The notes under the pieces are model-generated. The model made no database searches, was not told the origin of the DNA, and worked only from the letters and a program-made list of their open reading frames with translations. Shown here in pieces: positions 53,556 to 64,000 of a stretch of 64,000 nt of DNA. The stretch comes from the human T2T-CHM13v2.0 reference genome, Homo sapiens. Location of the stretch: assembly GCF_009914755.1 (NCBI RefSeq), contig NC_060946.1. One strand, 5' to 3'. How positions within the stretch are numbered: position 1 is the stretch's first letter; every line of letters begins with the position of its first letter. The position numbers and the translations under genes are program-made.

Positions 53556-54329
53556 TTCCAGTTAGGCAGCCAAATAGTTTCCTTTGGAAAAGTCACCATT
53601 TTGTGTTTTTAGAGTCCTGAGTTTGGCTAATCAGGAACAATCTCCTTTTCTTGGAGAAATAAGTCAATGTTGGATGCAGTCTTATGGAAAAAGCGGCTTC
53701 CCTCCAAATTCTTGTAATGAGACAGTCCTCGCCGAGGACAAAATATTGAGGTCTTTTGAGGAGATGGCACCTCTTAGTCAGTGGAGATATGCAAAATTTT
53801 TTTTTTCAACAAAGGACCTGCTGTTTTAAATTTCCAACAAATGGCTTACTGTTTAAATGCTGGAAAGGAGTGGGCTTTTAGTACCATGGGTCATCTCTGG
53901 GCTGGTAAGTCAACCAATTTTGAGCATCAAGTCAGCCAGAAGTGAAACTGGTGTTTTCAAATGTATTTCCACTTCCTCAGAAATAAAAGCTGTTTTTTTG
54001 GAAAAATTAAAATTACATGATCCATTATTAAGTATAAGAGGCAAAGTGCTGGTGATACTTCCTCCATCAGCTGATCATGGTTTGCCTGACAATATTTCAT
54101 TCAGTCAATAAGTGTATAAGCCTAGCACATTTATTGGTATCACTTAGCAAATATGCCCATGGTGTTTACCTGTGGAAGTGGACAGCTAGATTTCTAGCTG
54201 AGTGGTTCGTGAATTCACCTGGTTTAAAAACTCTCAGGAAGGGCTGGGCTTAAAGTTCCACCAAAAAACTGCCCTAGGCTCAGGACCTGTTCTTTGAACA
54301 CCATCAGTCATATAAGAGGCCATTTACAT

Positions 54330-54412
54330 CCAAGATGGAATAAAAACCAAGATGGCACCCTACAGAGTAAACACCAAGATGGCGCCTTACAGAGTAAAAT
54401 CCAAGATGGTCA
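54330..54412 (+). repeat. short tandem array carrying CCAAGATGG (YY1-type) motifs
   Basis: CCAAGATGG at 54330, 54347, 54374, 54401; 27-bp period for the last three. Confidence 0.8.
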
Positions 54413-55819
54413 CTATGGAACCAAAGGTGGCCATTTGCACCCATGGGCTACTGAGGTTGCGAGTGGCAGGACATAAAGTAACTTGGAGGCTAAGCCCACA
54501 GCCCTGGAAGGGCCAGAAACTGTAGAGAGTGACCTATGGATCCTGGAACACCAAATGACCCCAGGGCTGAGAACCTGAGCCCCAAAATACTTGATTGCCC
54601 CATCAGAGATCCCACAGAGGGAAAGACGCCCAACTTCCTAGCCAGCATGAGTATGGATGGTGAAGGGTAGATTTTAAGCAGGACCACCGAGGCATGAGAG
54701 AATTCCTGTTTCCACTTGCCATTTTCCAGCTGGGACATTGTTAAACACCACTTTCTGTTAATTAAGCATTTCTGAGAGGCTTACACTAGATTGCTGGCAA
54801 GAAGTGAACAAAGCCTGGCTGACCTGTCTTGTAGGTACTTGGAGGTGTGTGAGGGAAAGGGGCAGGAATGTGTGGCACAGGCAAAGTGACAACACTGTCC
54901 AAGAAACAAATTGCCACCTTGGGAGCAGAGAGACGATTGTTCCAATGATCAATGTTGGAAAACCAAAGGTACTCACCCATATCTGGCCTCGGCCTGGCTG
55001 CAGACATAACCTGGAGAAAGCAATTCACACTGATTTTTCCCAGCCCTGGGATCCACCTTCAGCCTGGGATCCAGGCCTTCGGTAATGAGCAGCCCTGGCG
55101 AATGAGGTTTGGAGTCGAAATCCATCTGAGGGCTCTCTCCCTGCCAACGTCTACAGCTTAATAATTGCTTCCTCGCTCCTGCTACATTCAGGTTCAAGAG
55201 GAGCGTGAGCCCCTCCAGCAGCATTATGCAAATAGGGCCCACTCCGTTCCGGCGGCATATAGAATATGTAAATTTATGGCGGTGGTGGAGGCTGTTTAAG
55301 ACAGAAGATTTCTCAATGATGAAATTAGATTTTCTGGAAAGAGGCTTCCGAGGACCTGTCTCCGTTCCTCTGCCTCGTGCTGTGCTGTAGCCACAAAACC
55401 GGGGCTCTGGGAAATAGTTAACCGAATTACAGTCTCAAGCCTCTTTAAAAAAAAAATAAGGAAAGAAATAGACCAGGTTTCATGAGGCCACAACAAATTC
55501 ATACTTTACAGAATGTGTAAACAGGAAGGGAGGCTGAGTGGGAGGGAGGGAGGCTGTTGTGGAGCATGGGCTCTGGCTAGCAGGAGGCATTAATGCAGAG
55601 CAGAGAGGCTACAGCATCACCTTGGCCTTCACACCTGGCCCTGCGGAGCCTCCAAGCAGGGGGACAAGGATGGGGAGAGTGAACAGAACCGTGGGTCCTG
55701 GTGGCTGCCTCACCCTTAATGCTGCAGCTCTGATCTGCTTCCTGTGCCTGCCTTTTCATGAATTTGATAGAAGGAAGTATTGATGTCATTTCAAAAAATG
55801 CAAAATTAGCAATCTAGAC

Positions 55820-56008
55820 CAGAGGTTCTCAAACTTGAACATGCATCAGACTTACCAGGAGGGCTTGTGAAACACAGATTACTGGATCCCACTCCCAGAG
55901 TCCCAGAATTAGTCCATTCAGGGAGGGCTCGAGAATTTGCATCTCCAACAAGCTCCCTGGTGACGGCTAATGCTGCCAGCCCAGGCAACACACGTTGAGA
56001 ACCATGGC
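55820..56008. mobile_element. MER5A
   Basis: cagaggttctcaaacttg...ggagggcttgtgaaacacagatt...acacacgttgagaacca. Confidence 0.85.
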
Positions 56009-56164
56009 CCTAGAGTACTGTTTTCATTTGACAGACGGGGGAAATTGAACCCCAGAGAATTAGGTGCTTTGCCAAAAGTCACACAGTGGAGTCAAGGCCC
56101 AGGTACGGATCTACCTCTCTCCACCATTTTTGTCCTTGGTCATTGTCATCATCATCACCATTGT

Positions 56165-56455
56165 CACTGTCATTTGCTAAGACCTTTCAACATGCTAGGC
56201 ACAGTGCTAGGCACATGTATGCCTTATTCATTTAGCCTTTACTGCGGTTCTACACGAGAGCTGCTGCTATGATCCCCACGAGGATCCTGAGGTTCAAATT
56301 CAAATTGCTTCACCTCTTGAGCCTCAGGTTTCTTATTTGTAAAATGGGGAGTTCTCATCCTTCAGAATGTTGGGAGGATTTAATGAGATTTTACACTTAA
56401 TGTGCTCAGCACAGAGCCCAGCAAATGGAAAAGACTCAGTTATTAGATATTATAG
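56165..56455. mobile_element. opposed MIR fragments (minus then plus)
   Basis: atgctaggcacagtgctaggcac then cttgagcctcaggtttcttatttgtaaaatgggg. Confidence 0.7.
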
Positions 56456-56739
56456 TAATAATAATAATAATTATTATTAGTCAAGTTGTGGGGATTAGGA
56501 AACAGAGTGAGGTTATGAAGTGAGATTAAGGATTAAGAATATAAAGATCTTGATTTCAGTCCCTAGTCCTAAACTCACCTGCTGTAAGACTGGACAGGAT
56601 GGCGTCACCCCCATTCTCTAAGGTCCAGCTTTTGTGAAAAGGGGTGGAGGCAACTTAAAGGTCCCAGGTTACTTTCAGCTGTAAAATTCTCTGATTCCAT
56701 AATTCCAAGATTGGGATAATTTATCCCCCTCCCCACATT

Positions 56740-57642
56740 GCCCCAGTGTGGGTACTATCCCTCCTCTCCTGGGCTGTTACCCAGTCTCCTCCTGGGCTCC
56801 TTGCCTCTGGTCTCAACCCAGCCAATCCACCATTCTAAAATTCCCAAAAGCCAACCTGATTCTGTGCTCTGCTGCTGAAACTTTCCATAGCTCACTATTT
56901 ATCTGCTTTCAGTCAAGTCCGACCATCTCAGCTTGGCAGTTGAACTCCTTCATGACCTGGTTACTTTAAGCCCTTCATCTGCCTCTCCCTCTTCCACTCT
57001 ATTTTCCAATAATATGTAGAAGTACATTTTACTGTCAGTGTGACACCATACTGTTTCCTGCCTCCTTACTCTGGTTATTGTACCTTCTGCCTCATAGTCC
57101 ATCCCTGCTTTTCTTCTCTCCCTCTGCAAACTATTTGACCTTCAGTGCTCAGCTCAGATATTTTGTGCCCTGAAAAGGTTTCCCTCTCTTATCTTCTTCC
57201 TGTCTCCAACCCCAGGTTGGATAAGGTATTTTATCTGAGCTGCCTATAGGCATCTCATTCTAGTGCTTAATAGTTTACATGGTAATAGTTTACTGACTTT
57301 TCTGTCTTGTCAAATGGACAGTGACTCGTTCAAAGGAAGAGACAAGTTTATTCATCAAGCTTTTTGGAAATTTCCCGGCTTGTTGCTTGTTTGATCTGCT
57401 GTCTGTAAGTCCCATGAGCGGAGGGGCCTTATGTATTTTGTTTGCCATTGTCATTGCAGTACTTATCACCATGCCTGGCACATAGTCCATGTTCAATCCT
57501 TGAATTAATAAATCTGAAATCCCTGCTCATTTTCCTAGATACCTTACTAACCATTATATCCCTACTGCCTAGCAAAATGTCTGGCATGGAAGTGCTCAAG
57601 AAATATTTGCTGAATGAACAAATATGTGAATAGAATGAATGA
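56740..57642 (+). mobile_element. L2 fragments with two 3' termini
   Basis: atgcctggcacatagt (~57471) and ctggcatggaagtgctcaagaaatatttgctgaatgaa (~57581). Confidence 0.65.
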
Positions 57643-57655
57643 CTTCACATATAAC

Positions 57656-58078
57656 TATATCAGTCAGCTGTTGCTGTATAACAAACAGCCACTAAATCTC
57701 CATTGCCTACAACCATAAGTATTATTTCTCATCTAGCTTTATTCTGCAAGTAGCTGGGGCAGCCCTGAGCTGCAGGTGGTGCCTGGCTTGACTCTGCATG
57801 TCTGTCAGCCTCTGTGTATGAGCAGGTTAGCCAGAACATGCTTCTTTCATGGCAGGGACAGAGGTGCAAGAGAAAATGTGGAAACCTGCAATGTTTCTTA
57901 AGGTCCCATCCCAGAACTAGCACACTGGCCCTTCCACTTGTATTCCATTGGCCAAAACAAACCATGTGATCATGCCCAATGTGCAGGATCCACCCTGTAG
58001 GAGGAGAGGCTGCAAAGTCACATGGCAAAAGGCTGGATAAAGGGAGAGTGAAGAATTGGGGTCAATAATTCAATTCAC
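57656..58078 (-). mobile_element. MaLR solo LTR (MLT1I-like)
   Basis: tatatcagtcagctgttgctgtataacaaac...ccattggccaaa...gctgcaaagtcacatggcaaa...gaagaattgggg. Confidence 0.8.
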
Positions 58079-58706
58079 TCCAATGACCAATCCCAGCATC
58101 CAGCGCAGAGAGCTTGTAGCACATGGTAACTATTCTCTACGACCACCTAGACAAAGTGACCCTGTGTGGACCACCCCCCACCCTGCCCTAGGTGGCCCTT
58201 CCATGTTCAAAACTCTAGAATATCTTTGTACTTTCTGCATGTTACACTCTCCTTCATCCACCACCCTGAAGTTTTCAGTGATTTTCCCAGGCCCTTGTTA
58301 AACAATCTCCAGATCTCAGCCCATGGTATTGGTGCACTGGGGCATGTCAGAAGTGTCCCCTCAGCCTGTACTGAAGCACAGAACTTCCTCCTCCCCATCC
58401 TTCTCCCGCCCCACGGTGTATGTTGTGAGGGTCCCCCTGATGTTTAATGCATGAGCTCCACATCCTCCCAGCAGCCGCTGCAGACAGATTTTCTCAGCAT
58501 GGGAACGGCCATGAAATCAGATGACTATACAGGAAGCAGCTCCTCACCCCTCCCCAATTTTTGTGATGCTGCCCTGCTTCAACTCACTTCCAGTTTTGTA
58601 ATCTATTTTATTAATGTGCCAGAGGCAGAGAAAAATGCGTTTGTAATTTCTCCTTAATGGCTGGTGGAACTTCTTTTTGCTTCCTTTCTGAGCATTTGTT
58701 TGTGGT

Positions 58707-58754
58707 ACACACACACACACACAAACACGCACACATACACACACACACACACAC
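58707..58754. repeat. (CA)n microsatellite
   Basis: interrupted CA run. Confidence 0.9.
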
Positions 58755-59349
58755 CAGGTCAGGAGAAATTGAGTGGCAAGGCAGTAGATGTAAAAACACA
58801 GAGTCTTGGAATATTTAAGGAGGAAAGGATCTGAGTCCAATGGCTGTCACATTGTGTTCCCAGAGCCCCAGGGTCCCTCAAAATAGCATCAGAGAGTGCT
58901 GCAGGGTGAGAAGAAGAAAGAAGGAGGAGGCTGGCAACCCCTCCCTGAACCTTGCTTCAATCAGCGCATCTCTGTTCTTACCTGCTTTGTATATGCAGGA
59001 AGCTTGTTTGGAATTAAAGCCTTTGCTGCTGCACAAAATATGAAACAACTCTCATCTCCTGTACCCTTGGTTTCACAGAAAGGGCAGTCCAGTCTCAGAG
59101 AGTCTGTGACTTACCCAAAGTCACAAAGTGAGTTAGTGGGTGGAGTGGACTCAGGGACTAGGCCCCAGCTTTCCAATTCCAAACTTGATGCTGTTGTCTG
59201 CAAACAGGTTCTATCTCAGAATGCCAAGCATCTTCCCTGAAATGGCTTGATATATGTTTTTTTCACTTCCCTAACACATTGACCATGGATTCTTCTACTA
59301 AAGGGAAAAGGCAATGGCAGGGAGGTCTCTTTTCCTTTCCTGTGAAAGA

Positions 59350-59565
59350 AACAAATACTGAACACCTAGCATGCAACTGGCACTGAACTGCAGGGGCATT
59401 GGATGCCTATTACCTAATCAAAACCACAACAGTAGGTGGGCATTACTGTTTCCTATGTTTACAGAGGAGGAAGTTGAGGTTGGGATGGACGAGCCAATTC
59501 AAAGACACAGGGCCAGGACATGGTGAAAATGAGATTCAGACATGGGTTCACCTTATGCTAAAGAT
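59350..59565 (-). mobile_element. MIR SINE
   Basis: tactgaacacct...tttacagaggaggaagttgagg. Confidence 0.65.
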
Positions 59566-60829
59566 CCTCATGGACTTTAAGAGCCCAGATCATTCAGATG
59601 ATAATATATGGTGGCAGTGATCACAGCTGCTGCCAGATCTGAGTGTTTGAGACTGGCACAGGCTGAGTGCTTTACATGCAGAGCTGCCAGGTATAGTTGT
59701 GCAGGATGTGGACTGCCAAAGAGCTCCCAACCAAAGAGGCAACTGAGAGCTGAACCCAGTCTTTGGGCTGCTAAGCAGACCGTGGCATAAGGCAGTGCAC
59801 AACTGGAGTATGAGGAAGCCGTTCTCTAATTGCTCTGCCAGCAGGAGCTGGCTTTTCCTAATTCTCACAAAGGTATTCTGTGCAAGCTGCTGTCCTGTGT
59901 GCCTACACGATCTCATGCACCCACAGCCTCTGGGGCAGCTTTGTTACTATACCCATTTTAAAGACGAGAAAAAAAAGGCACAGAGGAATTAGATTTCTTG
60001 ACCAGCATCCTGCAGCTCTTTCAGGGACAGACCTGCAATTTGAACTCAAGGTTGCAAACCTCCAAAGCTAGATGAGCTGGGAATTTGTAGCTATATCCAA
60101 CCACACTCCTGTCTCCCAAAAGACTATTGAGTTTCACAAGGTTCTAAGGATGAAATCTGGAGATGCAAAGTTTGGGGGCTCCTGGAAGGAGGTATTCTCT
60201 GCCCTGAGTAAGGGGAATCAAGAGAGATTTCGAGACAGGAAACAGCACCCGAGAGAATCAATCCAGCTGGGCCTTTTCAATTAGTCTGTTTTTGGATCAC
60301 GTGATTACACTCTTCCCTGCCTCCTTCCTCCTTAAAAGAGACCCCCTGGAGGGAGCAAGGTTGTGTAGATATGACCTTCCCTTCCCCATCTCTCCTGCCC
60401 CACACCCTCTGTCTTTGAAAACATTAGAGCTGGAAGAAGACTCCCCTGGCGATAAACATCTACGCAAAGCCAATTGTCAGGCGATGTCCCAGAGCCAATT
60501 ATTCATTCTGAGGGACCCCGAGGTGGTTTGCGGAGTTGACAGATAAAGAGGAAATAATTCGCAATTTGCTGTTTACACATAATCAGTGTGTACCAGGAAA
60601 AAAAAAATAGTGTCGCAGCTTCCAGCTTCCCACGTTTTATTTTGATCTTCTCCTAAATCAATACGTTAAATGGAAAGGTGGAGGGAGACAAATGTTTTGG
60701 GGAAAAAGACGTTTGGGTGTGTTTGGCTAAAGAAAAGACTCTCTGTAAACACAAGGGCGTGGCCAAGGTAGGTTGAATGAGAGCGTGTTACCCACTTCCA
60801 AAAACTGGTGAGCAGCAAATGACAGTTAA

Positions 60830-61075
60830 AGGACTCTTACTCCCTGCCAGACGCAGAGGCAGGCACTTAACCCAGCGATTACTATGCAACCTCCCATCCA
60901 CCCTGAGAGGTAAATTTTGCTGTCTGTTCTATTTCACAGGTGGAGAAACTGAGGCTCCAGGAGATAAAGTTTCCTGTCAAGTACATGTGACTTGCACAAG
61001 CTGAAACCATGACTAGCCACCCAACCCAGGCTGATGTTGAAGTCCAGGATTTTTTGGCTTATCATTTTGCTCCAC
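60830..61075 (-). mobile_element. MIR SINE
   Basis: atttcacaggtggagaaactgaggctc. Confidence 0.7.
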
Positions 61076-62109
61076 GTTCAGTTTCTTGAGTTTTGATGCT
61101 GTCTTTTATTTTGAAACCCTTAAGGGGCTTAAAACAGGGCTTGTTCTCTTGAGGAGAGGATCTTGGGGAGGTATCTCCTCTCCAGTTGTCCTTGGCTGAT
61201 TGTCAAGACTACAAGTAGTTATTCAAGTACGTGAGGAACCTGGAGAGAAAGGGGACTTGGGCAGGAGACCTCAGGGAGTGGGGCATGGTGACAGTGGCTA
61301 CTGTTCATGGTTTAGGAGGAAGGGTCCACTCAGGGAGGTGTCCCAGTTCTGCATTTTTTGGAGTTCATTCTTTCTCTTTCTCGGGCTCTTTGAGAAATTG
61401 AATATCTCCTGCCAGTGCTTACCCTTCTCTCTCACCTCCCTTGGACTTCAAGCAGCAAAGGTTCCTTCCGAGAACTTCAAGGCTGTTCTTCCTCTCCTAT
61501 CTAAACATTCTCTCTCCTCTCATTGGCCTAAGACAATAGATTTTGGAGTCACAGGGACCTCAAAAATTGACCTGGTCTAGCCCAAGAGTCAAGAGAGATA
61601 AGGGGACCTCAGCCTCATTTTATAGACAAGGCCATTGAGGTCAAGTGCCACTTGTTGGCCCAAAGTAGAAGAGAGAACTCAGATCCACCCTCCAGCCTCT
61701 CTTGACCCCGACGACCTGGCTTCTTCATCAGGGAAGCCTGCCTCTCTTTGTTCTCTATCTGCCACTGAGTCTCCCAAGCTTTGTGCAATTTACATCGACA
61801 CGCACCCACATTTGCATTTAACACACAGACACACGCAGACACAGGACTGCTCCTGGCTTGAACAACAAGGGATGCCAAATGCCGTTCACATCTTTCTGGG
61901 GAGGCGCGTATCCATCCCGATTCTGTCTTTGCCAAATGTGCCATACGTAGCAGACGTACATATATTCCGCGTGAATTTCCTTAATCTCCCTCACAGCTGT
62001 CCCTTTCCCTGGCCTCTGCTACAGTGTTCCCAAATTACTTGTCTCCTGACTGGTATAGCAGCCTGTTCCCTGACTCTTTCATCTCTTTAAAAACAACAAC
62101 AACAGCAGC

Positions 62110-62330
62110 AACAACAACCGTCATCATGGCTGCTGTTTATGCAGCCCCTACTCTATGCTCAATGTGAGGTTAAACAACGGGGTGGCATCTTCTGTTGCTC
62201 TTTCAACAACTCTGGAACAGAAGCATTATTAGCTCCATTTTACAGGTGAGAACAATGAGGCTTCAAGTTTAAGTGCATTATGCAGGGCTCGGGGTTGAGG
62301 TGTGGAGCTGTAGTTGACTTTGAGACTTGT
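62110..62330 (-). mobile_element. MIR SINE
   Basis: attattagctccattttacaggtgagaacaatgaggct. Confidence 0.7.
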
Positions 62331-62419
62331 GCCGGTAGCTCATGTCATAGGCTGCCCCCTTGATAATCCCATCTATCCCAGCTGCTGGCCATGACACAGT
62401 GGACAACCCTTGTTTCAGA

Positions 62420-62660
62420 GGCCCCAGGATGTAGCAGTTAAGAAAGTGCACCATTTCAACCTCTGATGGTGTCATTTCTGTCTAGGTGAACTTGGGTATG
62501 TCATTTAAGCTCTCTGAGCCTGTATCCACTCTTGTGAAATGTGGATCACAGTTGTACCTAGACCCACAATGTTGCTATGGATACTGATAAGATCATTGCA
62601 AAGGAAGCACCCTGCACCATTCTCAGTGCCCAATAAATGTGGGATAATGAAACTATTGTA
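62420..62660 (+). mobile_element. MIR SINE
   Basis: tgtagcagttaaga...cttgggtatgtcatttaagctctctgagcct. Confidence 0.7.
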
Positions 62661-63693
62661 AAATAAATAGATGACTTTGTGTGTGTGTGTCTGATGCTCA
62701 AGGTTCTTTCAGGTGGAGCCCTGAATTTCTTTCCATCAATAATGCTCACCAAGGCTATTTTGCATCCCAGCCTTTGGCCAGAAGGAGCCCCTCACTGGTA
62801 TCCCCAAACTCCCCACCATTTCTAACCTCTGTTGATTGGTCCAGTTGGGTCCCGCTGCCCATCGGCCTTGCACTGTCTCTGCAGACCCAGAGTCGTCTTG
62901 TCCTCCATGTCCAGCTCAGAGACTGGTTCCTACTTGGTGAACCCCCATTATCTGCCCATAAGAAATTAACTCCACCTCCTCTGGACATGGCCCTGAGTTC
63001 CAGTGTCTTTTAGTCCTGTTGTGCTACTGTGTGCCAGGATAAAGATTTAGCTACACCTTGAGGACATGATCCCACCTTTTTTTTTCTTCTTTTCCTTGCC
63101 CTTTAAATGCCACTAGGTGGAAGAAACCCTGGGTCTCTGAATGACTGTATGAAACAAGGCCCCACCTCCTGCCAACCCACATAGGACAAGACATGACAGA
63201 AAACAAAACTGATGAAGCCAAGCTCTAGTCTTGGAAGTCAGGGTAGTTTTTACCTCTAGCAAGGACTGGGGAAGCAGAGATTGAGAGAGGCCCTAGGAAG
63301 GGTCTTGGATACTGGCAACATTCCATTTCTAGGCTTGAATGAGATTTGTCTATGAGCTGTACATTTATGCTCTGTGTCCACTCATGGATATGTATCACAT
63401 TTCAATTAAAAATGTAGTACATATTCATTGAGGAATACTTAGAACCATAAGAAAACACAGGAAAATGAAAATTATGCACAACTCCATATCTCAAGGATGT
63501 CTTCTGTTCCCATTTTGGTTTAATCAGTAGATTTTCCAGGCACAAAGTGAGGGAGTCCAGGAACAGTGTCCATTTTATCTTGATAGCCCTATTCCAAAGT
63601 GCCTAGCACAAAGCCTTGAATTTAGTAGGCTCTCTATAAATAGTGGTTGAATTACAGATTATTTCATTGTAAACCTACCACACTTGGGTTCAG

Positions 63694-64000
63694 CTGTTGT
63701 AGTTGAGATAATGCCGTGGGTTCACCTGGCCTCTTTCATTTTCCTCTTGGGCACACAGGAAGACTACATTTTTCAGCCTCCTTTGCATTGCAATGTGGCC
63801 ATATGACTGAGTTCTGGCCAATGAAATGAAGGTGAAAGTGATGTCAGCCACTTTCGTACCTCTTGAGCAACGCTACATACCCTCTCTTTGAGGATCCCTT
63901 CAGAGGAACTTGAGGCCCTAAGGGTCACTGAAACCAGAGACTGAAGGAACTCTGAGCCCCGGAATGGCTGTATGGAGCAATGCCTTACCTCCCACCAACC
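63694..64000 (+). mobile_element. MaLR LTR (MLT1J-like), runs off the window
   Basis: gggcacacaggaagactacatttt...ggccatatgactgagttctggccaatg. Confidence 0.8.

Noticed and set aside
54330-54412. CRISPR-like repeat/spacer pattern (also considered for 22620-22750)
   Set aside because: Mammalian DNA, spacers are copies of each other, and there are no cas genes

Overview
Primate (very probably human) non-coding genomic DNA, either a gene desert or the inside of a very large intron. I find no supportable protein-coding exon: every listed ORF falls in simple repeats, Alu/L2/MIR/LTR relics or random sequence. The window is dominated by ancient repeats (dense MIR and L2, MaLR solo LTRs, hAT-Charlie and TcMar MITEs), with eight Alus, only short old L1 fragments, two tailless snRNA retrocopies (U2, U6) and long simple-repeat tracts. 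Between the repeats lie several repeat-free, motif-dense, CpG-retaining islands that look like enhancers. The most notable observations are a direct-plus-inverted local duplication (24.6-26.1 kb), a 340-bp direct duplication (43.6/45.2 kb), an L2-derived REST/RE1 site, a tandem YY1-motif array, an E-box cluster and a U6 retrocopy that appears to lack its 5' stem-loop. I see no evidence of a new gene system. Repeat subfamily names come from remembered consensus sequences, and boundaries of old elements are approximate (tens of bp). The chromosomal locus cannot be determined from sequence alone.
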